A stretch of DNA of 64,000 nt. Origin: Macrostomum lignano (Eukaryota). Shown here piece by piece: positions 21,846 to 34,929 of this stretch. The stretch is taken from NCBI GenBank assembly GCA_002269645.1, contig NIVC01000578.1:448549-512548 (forward strand). Direction: 5' to 3'. The notes beneath the pieces were generated by a model. That model worked only from the letters and a program-made list of their open reading frames with translations. It did not search any database and had not been told where the DNA came from. Position numbers and translations under genes: made by a program. Within the stretch, counting starts at the first letter, position 1. Each line of letters begins with the position of its first letter.

Positions 21846-22602
21846 CTGTAAGAAAGAAAACAGAATATTTGAAGAAACAGACAGAAGCGACTGCCTCCTG
21901 TTGTCAAGAAGCAACAAAATTGAACAATGGTTCAAAACTGCAGCAACACAGCCCAGCATACGGTGCAGGCACCAACACTGGCTAATCCAGAAAATGCATT
22001 TATTTTTAACCTGGCTGTCCGCTGGCTTTACAGGCTAACAGGATAACAGGATACATGGTACTTGAAGTAATCATCAGATGTTAGGGAATGAGTCAGTAAT
22101 ACGTGTAGGAGTGTTACTTGAAAACTGCTCAAAGGCGCAACAGCAGATTTTTGAGGGACTAGTCTCTTGTCTAGGAATTTAGTTTCTCTGGGCGGTCTAG
22201 CGCAGGCTCTGGTATGCCAGCGACCCAGGCTCGATTCCAAGTGCAGTCACATTAATTTGGGGCTGAATTGCAATCTCGGCTTGGCTCTGCTCGTGCAATT
22301 AACGGCCTTGAGAGCCAACCCCCCGAGACGCAGTAAAGTGTACATGTGTAACGATAAAATAAAGTTAGGGCCGCTGTACACTCCTGTGTGAGTGTGTGCC
22401 TGCGTACGTATCCGCGCGCTTGTATGCCTGCTCAGGGGAGTCGGCGGAATGGGCAGTAATGCCTCTCGCCGATTGTGTGCCTACCTGTATGTCGCTTAAA
22501 GTGCGCCTGACCCTGCCTCTAATAAAAAAAACCCACTGAGTTGAACATTTTCCTTCTTCTCTGAATGAGAGATGCAAAGCCGAAGTGAGTCAGTTGAAGA
22601 GC

Positions 22603-22848
22603 TGAAGGGAGTCAGATGCAGAGATGAAGGGAGGCAGTTGCAGAGCTGAAGGGAGGCAGTTGCAGAGCTGAAGGGAGGCAGTTGCAGAGCTGAAGGGAGA
22701 CGGCTGCACAGCTGAAGGGAGACAGTTGCAGAGCCGAAGGGAGACAGTTGCAGAGCTGAAGGGAGGCAGTTGCAGAGCTGAAGGGAGGCAGTTGCAGAGC
22801 TGAAGGGAGGCAGTTGCAGAGCTGAGGGGAGGCAGTTGCAGAGATGAA
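22603..22848. repeat. 22-bp minisatellite 3' of paralog C
   Basis: Same unit as 9081-9566, ~11 copies. Confidence 0.9.
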
Positions 22849-22853
22849 AGTTG

Positions 22854-25851
22854 CTACGGTTGCAGCCAGCAAGCAGTCAAGTCGATGCTCAGCTCAAAGG
22901 CCGCCTCGATGCCCTCATCGCGGGGGACTCGCCTGAAGCCCTCCAGCTGGAGCTCAGTGAGCCACGGACAGCCGCTGGCGATGCTGGCGAGGGCGACGGC
23001 AGTCAGCTGGCTGCAGTCGGACAGGTGGAGCCACCGCAGGCCTCTGGCGACCGGACTGACGCACAGGTCGGCCACCGCCTCATCAGTGAGGCTGAAGCCA
23101 GTGCAATCGAGGGCCCGGAACTCCATCAGATCGAGTGGCCAGGCTGCGAGGCTTCGCAGATTCGCCCAGGCCTGGCGGGTCAGGAGGCTGCAGTTGTTGA
23201 TGCAGAGGCAGCGCAGGCGCGGCAGCCGGGAGAGCAGAGCCGCCAGCAGGTCGTCGGTGCCCGCCTCCAGCTCAACATAGGTCAACTCTGCAGTTGAATG
23301 GAATTTATAGCAGCTGAGCAAGTCTGAGCATCTGGGAGAACAGCAGTCTGAGCATCTGGGAGAGCAGCAGTCTGAGCATCTGGGAGAGCAGCAGTCTGAG
23401 CATCTGGGAGAGCAGCAGTCTGAGCATCTGGGAGAGCAGCAGTCTGAGCATCTGGTAGAGCAGCAGTCTGAGCATCTGGGAGAGCAGCAGTCTGAGCATC
23501 TGGGAGAGCAGCAGTCTGAGCATCTGGGAGAGCAGCAGTCTGAGCATCTGGGAGAGCAGCAGTCTGAGCATCTGGGAGAGCAGCAGTCTGAGCATCTGGG
23601 AGAGCAGCAGTCTGAGCATCTGGGAGAGCAGCAGTCTGAGCATCTGGGAGAGCAGCAGTCTGAGCATCTGGGAGAGCAGCAGTCTGAGCATCTGGGAGAG
23701 CAGCAGTCTGAGCATCTGGGAGAGCAGCAGTCTGAGCATCTGGGAGAGCAGCAGTCTGAGCATCTGGGAGAGCAGCAGTCTGAGCATCTGGTAGAGCAGC
23801 AGTCTGAGCATCTGGGAGAGCAGCAGTCTGAGCATCTGGGAGAGCAGCAGTCTGAGCATCTGGGAGAGCAGCAGTCTGAGCATCTGGGAGAGCAGCAGTC
23901 TGAGCATCTGGGAGAGCAGCAGTCTGAGCATCTGGGAGAGCAGCAGTCTGAGCATCTGGGAGAGCAGCAGTCTGACCATCTGGGAGAGCAGCAGTCTGAG
24001 CATCTGGGAGAGCAGCAGTCTGAGCATCTGGGAGAGCAGCAGTCTGAGCATCTGGGAGAGCAGCAGTCTGACCATCTGGGAGAGCAGCAGTCTGAGCATC
24101 TGGGAGAGCAGCAGTCTGAGCATCTGGGAGAGCAGCAGTCTGAGCATCTGGGAGAGCAGCAGTCTGACCATCTGGGAGAGCAGCAGTCTGAGCATCTGGG
24201 AGAGCAGCAGTCTGAGCATCTGGGAGAGCAGCAGTCTGAGCATCAATCCGAGTATGTAGGGTGAGCGGCAGGGTGAGCGGCAGGGTGAGCGGCAGGGTGA
24301 GCGGGACTCACCTGGACAGCCACTCAGAGTGTCAGACAACTGTAAACTCCATGGATCATCAAATAATGATCCTGTGAGCTGCAGCTGCTGAAGCCCCGGC
24401 GGCAGCGGACCGCCCAGCTCAGCTCCGAACGAGCACCGACTTCCGTGAATCTCCACTCGAAGGTCCGCAAGGCCGGCAGTCAGGCAGCGGAGGATCTGGC
24501 GGAATTGCTCATCTGAGACTTCGGAAAACACTAAATCGAGGCTCTCAAGCGAGGGCAGGCTGGGCAGCAGCCACAATGCTATCTTAGTATTCTCGCCATA
24601 TGACCAGTTCCAGTCAAGGCTCAGGTGTTTCAGCCTGGGAACGGGCGCAGGCGGCTGGTCGGTCCTGAGATCGAAGTTCCCGCCGCAAATTTCCACTCGC
24701 AGCTCTGTCAGGTTCGGCGCGATGCTCAGCACGCGGGGCAACTCTGGAGGGCGGCGAGTTCAGCGAGGGCATTCAATGAAGAACCGCCGACCGTCAAGCA
24801 ATTCAATAATTCTATGGAAATTTGTTTAAAGCATGTCTGAACTTAAGAAGATAAAGTACAGCCAGTATGGGTTGAGTTGAGTCCTGGGTGGTTTCAAAAA
24901 TTTATCGACTAGGATTCAGAATAAGCACTAATGCAGAAGAGTGGCAAGCGCAAAGAAGTTAAGTTGTCTTAAGAACAGATTTTTCTAGACTGCAAAGCCT
25001 TTAGCTGGGGAGCTGAGATGGGGAATTCAGCAGCGCTGATGCATTTTTAAGAAGCTCATGGCTTCAAGCAGGTGCCTGCATTGGATTGGAACGGCGGTCC
25101 CTGCATACAAAAAGCCCAGTGAAAACATACCGCAGTGACCGCCGCGGCTGGCAGACAGCCCCATCGACAACACGGAGAGCCGGGGACACTCTGCCAGATT
25201 ATCAAGGAGCTCCAAAGCCTCGATGAACGGCAGGTACAGTGCCGAGAGGCGGCCGACGAGCTCAACGAACGGCTGGCGCACCTGAAAGTGCCGCCATTCA
25301 TCGAACGCTTCATCGCTGTCAGTTTCCAGCAGCGAGAGGCGCGGGCAGTCGGACAGCAGGCAGCTCAGTGAGGCGGCCGACAGCGCGCTGTTGCAGCCGC
25401 AAAGGCGAAGCTCCCGCAGGTTGCGGCAGAAGCAGGCAGCCACGGTCACTGCAGTGTCTCCTTTAGCGTGCCACAGGCTGAGACAGGTGAGGCTGGCGGA
25501 TGCGACCAGAAGCAGCGGCAGCCGAGGGAGGAAGGAGGCCGAGATCTCCTGCACGCTGTTGCCCAGCCAGTCTCTGAGCCGCTCCATCAGCTCGGCATCT
25601 GCGGTGCGGCCGTCAATGTGGATTTTGCGCCACAGCTGCGGCTGTGTGGCGAGCTGCCACCACCGCCTGCTCAGCTGAGCGCACCGGCCGAGGCTGGTCT
25701 GGTCCAGCTCGGACAGGATCTGCGTGAGCAGCTCTTCTGGCAGCTGCTCCAGGTGAAACGGAGAGCTGCCGGGTTCGAATTCTCCAGCCGCCTCCATTTG
25801 CAGGCGTTTCCGGACCGGAGCCTCCAGATCGAAGGTCACAGAATGAGCCAT
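22854..25851 (-). CDS. F-box/LRR paralog C, apparently intact (~528 aa; exons 25131-25851, 24312-24743, 22854-23287)
   Basis: ATG at 25851, basic VRKRL motif, F-box, LRRs. Exon lengths 721/432/434 are in phase (alternative exon-1 donor at 25140 is also in phase); TAG at 22854. Confidence 0.8.
23322..24243. repeat. 24-bp intronic minisatellite (paralog C intron 2)
   Basis: About 38 near-perfect copies. Confidence 0.95.
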
Positions 25852-26252
25852 CTGTAAAGCTGGGAAGTGGCAAAGGCAGTCAGTCATTGAAGCATTTATC
25901 TCTACAAAGTGCTCTGCATTTTATAATGCAAAATTACCAATTCATTTGCAAGGGTGGGATATGCTAGAATTATATCCACAGCGCACAGCGATATATTTAA
26001 TACCTGCAAAAACTGCAATTCAGTGATTTCATTCAGAGCTCCGAACACTGGAGGTAGAGAGACAAAAAACAAATGACTGAAAATGAAAACTATACTGTAT
26101 ATAACTGTTATTTCCCCTGGTGCTCGCTTCACTGCGCATCAACATGCACAACTCCCAGGCTTGCGGGCCTTCATGGTGGAGACGACTGCTCTGACTACCT
26201 GCCGCCTGGTTGCTTTGGAGTCACGCAACGAAATGGTTGGCTTGTAATCTGT

Positions 26253-26847
26253 TTATTTATCTAGTGTCTGCCTCCCAGCCTGCCCGTCTGTCTGCCTGTT
26301 TGTCTGTCTGCCTGCCCGTCTGTCTGTTTGTCTGTCTGCCTGTCTCCCTGCCTGCCCGTCTGTCTGTCTGTCTGTCTCTGTCTGTTTGTTTGTCTGTCTG
26401 TCTCCCTGCCTGCCCGTCTGTCTGTCTCTGTCTGTGTATCTGTCTGTTTGTGTCTGTCTGTCTGTTTGCTGTCTGTCTGTCAGTCTGTCAGCATGTCTGT
26501 CTGCTATCTACTGCATCTATCTAATGAAATTTACAGAGGCCACAGTCATGCTGTGTGACTTATTACTGTATATTTATCTAGTGTCTGTCTGCCTGTCTCC
26601 CTGCCTGCCCGTCTGTCTGTCTGTCTGTCTCTGTCTGTGTATCTGTCTGTTTGTCTGTCTGTCTGTCTCCCCGCCTGCCCGTCTGTCTGTCTGTCTGTCT
26701 CTGTCTGTGTATCTGTCTGTTTGTGTCTGTCTGTCGTCTGTCTGTCTGTCTGTTTGCTGTCTGTCTGTTAGTCTGTCAGTCTGTCAGCATGTCTGTCTGC
26801 TATCTACTGCATCTATCTAATGAAATTTACAGAGGCCACAGTCATGC
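26253..26847. repeat. (CTGT)n-rich region present as a ~300-bp tandem duplication
   Basis: Both halves start ATTTATCTAGTGTCTG and end ...GAAATTTACAGAGGCCACAGTCATGC. Confidence 0.85.
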
Positions 26848-26899
26848 CTGCTGGTCTACTTCGCTGCACACCGAAGTTCATTAAAAAGCGAGCAGCCAA

Positions 26900-27327
26900 G
26901 GCCACAGTCAGCACGCGGACAAGTCGATGCTCCTCAGCTCGAAGGCCGCCTTGAAGTGGTATAGCGTCAGTTCAGCAAACCGCAGGCAGCCGTCGGCGAT
27001 GCTGGCCAGGGAGGCGGCGGTCACTCGGCCGCACTCGGCCGCCGCAGGCCTATAGCAACCGGACTGGCGCAGCTAGGGGAGCTGCGCCCCGGGGCCCTGG
27101 GGCGCTTTCATTAGACCGAAATTTCACTTCGCCGAAAAACACTCTTTTTCACTAGGCCGAAACTTCACTAGGCCGAAACTTTACATTGCAGAAATTACTA
27201 GCACGCTCTTTCATAAGGCCGAAACTTCACTAGGCCGAAACTTCACTTTGCCAAAAAATCATTTTAGCAGCATCCTTACTATGGTCTAAAGGGGATGTGA
27301 ACTTAAGCCTCCAAAATAGATAGACAA

Positions 27328-27388
<61 letters not shown>

Positions 27389-27810
27389 GAGATAGATAGA
27401 TAGATAGATAGATAGTGCCAATTTACAGTTTTACATTTATGCTACTGTGAAATCGGCTGCTGGTCTGGATCTGGATCGTACATGGAGACGTAATCAAGTT
27501 AATTAAATTAATTTTGTTAGTTTTGGCCTAGTGAAAGAGGTTGCTAAAATGATTTTTCGGCAAAGTGACATTTTGCCTAATGAAGTTTCGGCCTTGTGAA
27601 GGAAGATGCTTTCGGCAAAGTGAAATTTCGGCCTAGTGAAACCCCCCCCCCCAGCTCTGAGACTCTGCAGGTCAGCTAGGGGAGCTCTGAGACTCTGCAG
27701 GTCAGCTAGGGGAGCTCCGAGACTCTGCAGGTCAGCTAGGGGAGCTCCGAGACTCTGGACATCAACAGGCAGCGCAGGTTTGGCAGCCGAGCAAAGAGTC
27801 GGCAACACTC
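26900..27810 (-). pseudogene. Relic G of F-box/LRR exon 3, split by a foldback element
   Basis: Degenerate ASPVAIGLRR...VTAASLASIADGC...AAFEL at 26900-27070 and PNLRCL...QSLGAPLADL at 27650-27810 (with a 30-bp tandem repeat). Confidence 0.7.
27106..27641. mobile_element. Foldback/MITE-like element with a central (ATAG)n
   Basis: Imperfect ~31-bp terminal inverted repeats (TTTCATTAGACCGAAATTTCACTTCGCCGAA / TTCGGCAAAGTGAAATTTCGGCCTAGTGAAA), further internal inverted blocks, (ATAG)n at ~27316-27414; no clear TSD. Confidence 0.65.
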
Positions 27811-28699
27811 TGTGCTGTTATTTAGACTATAGTGAAATTGGTCCATTGTGTGATAGTTGAGGAATTAGCAACTAAATTCAGCCATTTTATTAACACTGTC
27901 CACTTGATCCTCTATAATAATCTTGGCCTGATGGCCTGACTAAGCAGCAATGATTTTTCATTGGGATAACGAACCTATTTATTCAATAGAAAACATGAGG
28001 AGTTTTCTAGAGAGATATTTAACCCATGTACTTTCTTATCTGCCATACTTGCCAGATCTGGCTTCTACAGACTTCTGCCTCTCCTAAAGTAAAAAGAGTT
28101 ATCAGGCATCTAGTCTAGCTTGCTAGAAACTCAGTCAAAAAATGAGTCACAATAGGTTATGAGAAGTCTCCTAGCAGAAGCCTTTGTCTTGGCTTTTAGA
28201 AAGTTGATAGATCCTTGCAAAAATTGCATCAAAATTGGAGGGGACTATGTTGAAAAAGTGTAAAAATGAATTGTGTACCTGCTTAGGGAGCTGAGATAGG
28301 TCACTAATATTTGTTTTTAAAAATATCTCATAGCATTCAATCTTTCTTAGAGATCTAATCAAGAAGAGCAAATGACTTTCACACTAACTTATCCATGGGA
28401 TTTTTCTCTTTATTAGTTACACAAGCTGTTGAAACCCGCGGATTTTGAACCCGGGGAATTCCAATCCCCGGAACTACTTTTGCATGTATTCTGAAATCTA
28501 AGGCCATACACAAACAAATTAATAGTAGGATAGAAGTAGACATAAAATGGAGCACATTCGTGTAAAATTAGGGGTTGAGACATTGTTGGCTGGGGTACTG
28601 CGCAGAATGTCAGGCAATGTCTGTCTGACTCTAAAACATATATTGCTAAACTCTGGTCTCTCCCTGACTCTCCCTACGTCCCTTGGATCCTTTAAAATT

Positions 28700-29950
28700 T
28701 CTATCGTCTCTTTGTTTCCTCTCATCTCTCTCGTCCCTCGTCTCTCCTCTCTCCTCTCTCCCCTCTTCTCTCGTATCTTTCCTCATCTCTCTTATCTCAT
28801 CTCTTGTCTCTTCTTTTCTCTCTCCTCTCCTCTCTCCTCTCTACTTTTTTGCTTTCTCTCTCCTCTCCTCTCTCCTCTCTCCCCCTCTCCTCTCTCCTCT
28901 CACCCCCTATTCTCTCTTTTCTTCCTTCTCCTTTCTATTCTTTTCTCTCTTCTCTTAACTCTCTCATCTCTCTCTCCCCTCTTCTCTCGTCACTTCCCTC
29001 ACCTCTATTCTCTCGTCTTTGCTCTCTCATCTTTCCTTTCTCTTCTTTTATCTTTTCTCTCTTCTCTTAACTCTCTCATCTCTCCCCTCTTCTCTCGTCT
29101 CTTTCCTCACCTCTTTTCTCTCTCGTCTTTGCTCTCTCATCTTTCCTTTCTCTTCTTTTATCTTTTCTCTCTTATCTCTCTCATTTCTCTCTCCTCTCCT
29201 CTCTCCTCTCTCCCCTCTTCTCTCTTATCTCTCCTCCTCTCTCTACTCTCTCCCTCTCCATTCTCTTTCCTCTCCCTCTCTCCTCCTCTCTCTACTCTCT
29301 CCCCTCTCCTCTCTCCTCACTCACTTCTCTACATTTGTCTCTCCTCTCTCCTCTCGTCTCTGTAATCTCTTCTCTCTTATCTCTCCTCTGTTCTCTCTAC
29401 TCTCCCATCTTTCATCTGTTCACTCTCGTCTCTGCTCTCTCACCCCCTCTTTAATCTGGCATCTCTGTCTTATATGTTCTCTCACCTCTCTCCTCTGTAC
29501 TCTTTTCTTACCCCTCTTTTGACTCCTCACTTTCCTTTCTCCTTTCTTTTTTTCTCTTTTCTTCCCTTTTCTATACTCTCTCTCCCTCTCTTCTCTCACT
29601 CCACTCTCCTCTCTCCTTTATCTCTCATCTCTCATTTCTCATCTCTCCTTCCACCTCTCTCATCTCTACAACCTTAGAGATGTAGAGATGTATCTTTATC
29701 TCTTCTCTCTTCCCTTTACTCTCTGCTCTCCTCTCTGCTCTCTCATCTCATCTGCAGCTCTCTGCTCTCTCATCTCTACTCTCTCCTCTCGCTTTTCCTC
29801 TCTCCCCTCTTTTCCCCCTCTCTCTCATCGTCCTCACCCCCTCATCTCTCCTATTATCTTTTATCTTTTCTTTTATCCCCTCTTTCGCTTCTCCTCTCTT
29901 CGAATCGTCTATTCCTTCTTCTTTCCACTCTCATCTGCCCCTCAGCCATG
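28700..29950. repeat. Polypyrimidine (CT-rich) low-complexity tract
   Basis: About 1.25 kb almost entirely C/T on the + strand. Confidence 0.9.
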
Positions 29951-30599
29951 AGCTGGATTCTTTATCTGGCCTTTGAGGTAAAAGTCTGCCCATCCCTGCT
30001 TGAAAAGCCAGTTTGTGGGACGTAGTACTCTTATGGTTGTTCTCATGCTTTGATCACGTCATCTTTCTTGCCAATTTGCAGCCCTGAAAGGAATTTGTGT
30101 ATCTTCAGCTCCACTGCAGTCTGCATCAGTCTAACAACCAAGGAAATACGCATTTCTTAGAAGGCCATTTAATATTTACACAGTACCTTTAAAAGAAACC
30201 TAAAATTTCCATGGTGTGCCTAATTTAGTAGGGTTGTATTGCATTGCATCGCATCGCCTTTTCATAAATCTTTCGCTTTTACAAACCATGCTGGATTCCC
30301 TCGATTTGCCAATTACCATCCACTGTTAAACTGCTGAGTTTGCCAATACAGAGGGCATTGGTTGGAATTTCTCACTAAACTGTTATGGCTAAACGTAGCC
30401 TCTCCACTCTCGGGGTGCAGAGAAGGAAGGCTATAAATAAAGTTATTCCAAAACACTGTACATTTGCTATGTACATTCAGTCCTATCGCCTGACCCTTCG
30501 TCTGGCTCTGGGGGAATGAGTGAGTGAGTGGCACAAACAACAGAAAAGCAGACAAATTTCACATGCTTAGTTTCTTTTTCGGTTGAGTTACAGAGTTGA

Positions 30600-31146
30600 A
30601 ACTTTACATGTAGACAGAGAATGAGTCAATGAAGAATTGTGTCAAGTTTGAAGTCAATCGCTTTACGTGGAGCAAACTTATGGCAGCTGAAATTTAGTCA
30701 ATTTTGAAACCCTTTTACACATCTGGGCCCAGCCAGATCGGGAAAGAGGGCAGGCGGGCGGAGGTTGGGGTGGCTACCACGCTGAAAAAAACAGCCAAAC
30801 TTTAAAAGTGCACAGCACCGTTCGGGATCAACTTTGAGACTTGAAATTTTACACGATTGTGTCAAAATAGTTGAAGATTGTCTGTGTCAAATTTAAAGAG
30901 AATTGGTAGAAGTGGAGCGGCGCTATGGAGGATTAAGTGAAAAAATCGCGCATTTTGAGCAGTTTTTTGTACTTTTAGGTAGGAAGACTTGAGTCTAGGA
31001 AATTAAAAGGTAGCCTAAGACATTCTCCGTAGTTTAGGGTGGGTGTAAAGTTTGGTGTCATTTGGTTGAGCGGTTTGAGAGTCCATAGCGAAGTAATTTG
31101 TCCACAGACAGACAGACAGAGTTTTGATTTTTATATGTAGAGATTA
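30600..31146 (+). mobile_element. Possible non-autonomous Helitron/HINE-like element
   Basis: Ends ACAGACAGACAGACAGAGTTTTGATTTTTATATGTAGAGAT, resembling DINE/HINE-type 3' ends; boundaries uncertain. Confidence 0.3.
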
Positions 31147-33779
31147 TTGGCAATTACCTAGTCCTGTCTAGGTCTACTATAGGCAAATCTATATACTGCA
31201 GTAGTTTTCTACATTGGCAAAATCATTTTACCTGACTAGCATTCTAAAACAATATAAATTTTAAACATTTAGTTAGTTATGTAGATATGGTATATATTCT
31301 TGCTAATGCTACCTTTTGGCTATTGTTTCATATTGTTAGACCTAGCTATCTTAAAAAAAATAAATTCTTTAGAAATCTTAAATCTAGACACAATAGACAT
31401 AGTTGTGTCTGGGCCTAGAAGATAGACAAAGAAGATGGGCTAGACCAAAACATAGTCTATAATATAGATCAAGGCTACCATAGGATAGGCCTATCAATAG
31501 GCCTACCATTTGCTTTAGGTAAAAATTCTCATAGGCCTAACTAAGATGAAAAATGTGAAATACATTAGGCCTATATTTATTATATATTAGGCCTAAAGTT
31601 TAAAATGTTAGGAACTTTTAGATTAGGGCCTACTTTTAGTGTTATTATTATCATAATGTACTGTACAATAACAATATTAATAAACCTAGCTCCTAGCCTC
31701 CAAAATTATTCTTTGGCTTGGTCTAGGCCTATGCTTTATTATTAAGGAAATCATTCTTATAAGTTATAGAATCAAAGACTCAAAGTCTGTTAAAATAAAG
31801 CAATAAACTTGTTGAGGTTTCCTCTGTTTTCTATATTTGAGTTGCATAACTAAGTCTTATACAGTCTAGATCATGATCATTTTGAAGTATGGGCTCAAGT
31901 GATTGATGCTTGAATTAAACTTATCCAAGTCAGGAACAGCTTCAAGCATGGCATGGGCCGCCAGTCACTTCGATAAACTACTATAAATTTATTAAAGCAA
32001 AATGATGCGGTGATGTTAAACAAAAGCCAAAAGGAAATCAATTATTACAGAGTTTTGAAGCAGAGTAAATATTATTATTTCGAACTTTCTAATTTCTTCA
32101 TAAAAATTTATATTTTAAAATTTACTTTACAATTTACTTCTTTTCTATTTTGTGATAACTGGTGAATTTGAAGTGACAAACTTGAACGAAATTATTAAAT
32201 TGCGTATGTATAAACTATGATTAAGCACCATGACCATCCTTGATCATTTATTGACCCATGGGATGATCTAAGCTAAGCTTGGTGTGTAGGGCATAGGTAT
32301 AAAGGCCTATATGCAGCTTAAGGCATTACAGCAGGTAAAAGTAATGTAATATTTAAATTACAGAAATTGCGATAGGGAATTACGGCCCTTTACAAACCTA
32401 ATGGAGCGATTTGGAGATTTTAAATCTGCACTCGTATAACTCCTATTTACCTATCGCCGGTCAGAGTACTTTCTCCATAGTCGCAGGTACATGTATGGTA
32501 CAAACAAGTACATGATCGAATAAACACGATTTTTAATAGATTCGATTGAGTGTTACTCAGACTTGATAATACTGCTGCTGACAGTAGATTTCGACTTGAA
32601 TGTACTTTGATTATATAATTACACCGGATTCAGATAAATTGATTCTTAGTTAACGCTTAATAATGCGAAGCAAATTGGAGCAATTTCGAGCACTGCCCCG
32701 ACAAATCCTATCGTTTAGCACACCTTTTGCCAAATGGTATGCAGAGTCTCCGAAGAGAGCACGTACTGACTTCGACAACAGTCGCCTATCTACGAGTAGA
32801 CCACCCTTGACCAGCGGTGCACCTTCAAGACGCGGAAAGCAGAAAGCTGCCAGCTAGCCGAATGAGGTCGAGCTCGGTTGGAGCAAAGAAAGAGCTGTAT
32901 AGTAGGGCTGTGTCACACGCTTAAAGCGCGACAATTAACCTTAGCTGATCAGACGATTGCGAGGCGGAAAACTTTGATGTGAGGCCTGGCTGCTAAAAAC
33001 AATCGTCCCAATCGTCCAAACCTCCCTCAGCCGGGTGGCTGGCAAGCCAGTCGAGAATCCCGATTGCACTGGACCCGCAGCCCGCTCACGGGCCTGGTAG
33101 ATTTCGCCTTGCAGCCGCACCACGTGCCCGGGGTCCAGCCCGGTTCTGATTGGCCAGCCGCGTAAGCCGGGGTGAACTATTTCGCAACAATGATAAATTC
33201 TAAACTGACTTGGCGTACTTAAGAAAAGAAAAAGAGCTAAAATAGAATAACAAATAACAAATAAAATAATTGCAACAAAAAATACAGTTCGCGTAAGATG
33301 CTCACATCACAGTAGCTATATACGAGTACTAGGCCCTAATTACTATTTTTTTGTTTCTTTTGTTTTTGCTATGTTTCTATTGGCCCTAATTGCGTATTTT
33401 AATAGGCGGCCAAACGGGCGAAAGTTTTCTGGGTGGTGAAGCGTTCTGCCGCTCCAGCAGCCTCATGCGCTCAGCGGTCCGCCAAGCCATGCTCAGAGTG
33501 TTGCCAACATGCAGCATCACCAAGGCGGCATCAAAACCAGATAACGGCAAGACAATTCAGTTTAAAGAGGGCTGTACCAGGCTTTTCTGCCCAGGCTATA
33601 GCGAGGTCACCCGGTCATCTTCACCTCAGTAATCTGGGAGCTCCGTTTTTTTGCGATAGGGATCGATGCTACGGCATCCTGACTCACCAAATCATATTCT
33701 TAGAATCTAAACGTTGGATGCGATTTTGCAACCTATGTAAAAACCCAGTCCGGGAGGTTCATTCGCGAGCCTGCGATGA

Positions 33780-34230
33780 TTCTGTCAGCATCCGGATTCA
33801 GATGATTCTGTCAGCATCCGGGTTCAACGGCGAGCCGGCGATGATTTTGTCAGCTTCCGGATTCAGATGATTCTGTCAGCATCCGGATTCAACGGCGAGT
33901 CGGAGATGATTCTGTCAGCATCCGGATTCAACGGCGAGTCGGAGATGATTCTGTCAGCATCCGGATTCAACGGCGAGCCGGCGATGATTCTGTCAGCATC
34001 CGGATTCAACGGCGAGCCGGCGATGATTCTGTCAGCATCCGGATTCAGATGATTCTGTCAGCATCCGGATTCAACGGCGAGTCGGAGATGATTCTGTCAG
34101 CATCCGGATTCAACGGCGAGCCGGCGATGATTCTGTCAGCATCCGGATTCAACGGCGAGCCGGCGATGATTCTGTCAGCATCCGGATTCAACGGCGAGCC
34201 GGCGATGATTCTGTCAGCATCCAGGATTCA
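33780..34230. repeat. 39-bp minisatellite
   Basis: Unit ATGATTCTGTCAGCATCCGGATTCAACGGCGAGCCGGCG, ~11 copies, some truncated. Confidence 0.9.
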
Positions 34231-34929
34231 ACGTCTTCTTGAAGCGCTCTTGGCGGCGGCGGCAGGCTCCCGAACGGGTTCTTTGTCTGCCGATGGCTTA
34301 CGCAGAGGACGTGGGCCCACCGATCAGGCCTGCCGTCGAGGAGATCCAGCGCATCGGCCATTGGAGGAGTGACGTAATCGGTGTATTTGCTTGCGTGCCC
34401 ATTTAGGCTCTGACATTGCGTTTCGAGCGGTTTTGAGCAATTTTGTCTTGTTTGTTTTTCACGTTTCTTTGTTCAACTGTGCATTTTTCACTCTTGCTTA
34501 AAAGGTACCCTTTCGCCCTGTCTGTATTTCTTTTCTTTGGCGTTTGGGGGAGTTCGTGCCTGCTTGCGCCCCAGCTGCTTCGTCAATTGTCTGCTTTCGC
34601 CTTTATCACCTCACCAATTCCCTGTCCTAAGCGCTACAGAGAGCGAGATTATCCATGTATCCCGAGAAGGGTCTGCGTCAGCGCTTAGTCTTGCTAAGTG
34701 GGTTTGAATAGCAACAACTTACAATTTGCTCATAGATTCAGCCTTACTTAAATCTGCTTCTGAAGTATCTTTCCTACATACTACTACATGTACATGTTCG
34801 TACCGCATAACAGGGGCATAGCCAGGAAGAGATTGGCAAGTGGGCTCAAAAACCTCTTTACTGCAGCTGTGGCGCCCCTTGGTGATGGCGCCCTTGGTGA
34901 TGGCGCCCCTTTGGTGCTAAAGCTTCTCC

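Noticed and set aside
20583-21851. 422-aa plus-strand ORF and similar antisense ORFs over the paralogs
   Set aside because: Shadow frames of GC-rich minus-strand exons.
23322-24243. CRISPR-like appearance of the regular arrays (also 18465-19520, 35286-36617)
   Set aside because: Head-to-tail units with no unique spacers, no cas genes, eukaryotic context.
28547-29951. Leu/Ser/Phe-rich ORFs resembling membrane proteins
   Set aside because: Artefacts of the CT-rich tract.
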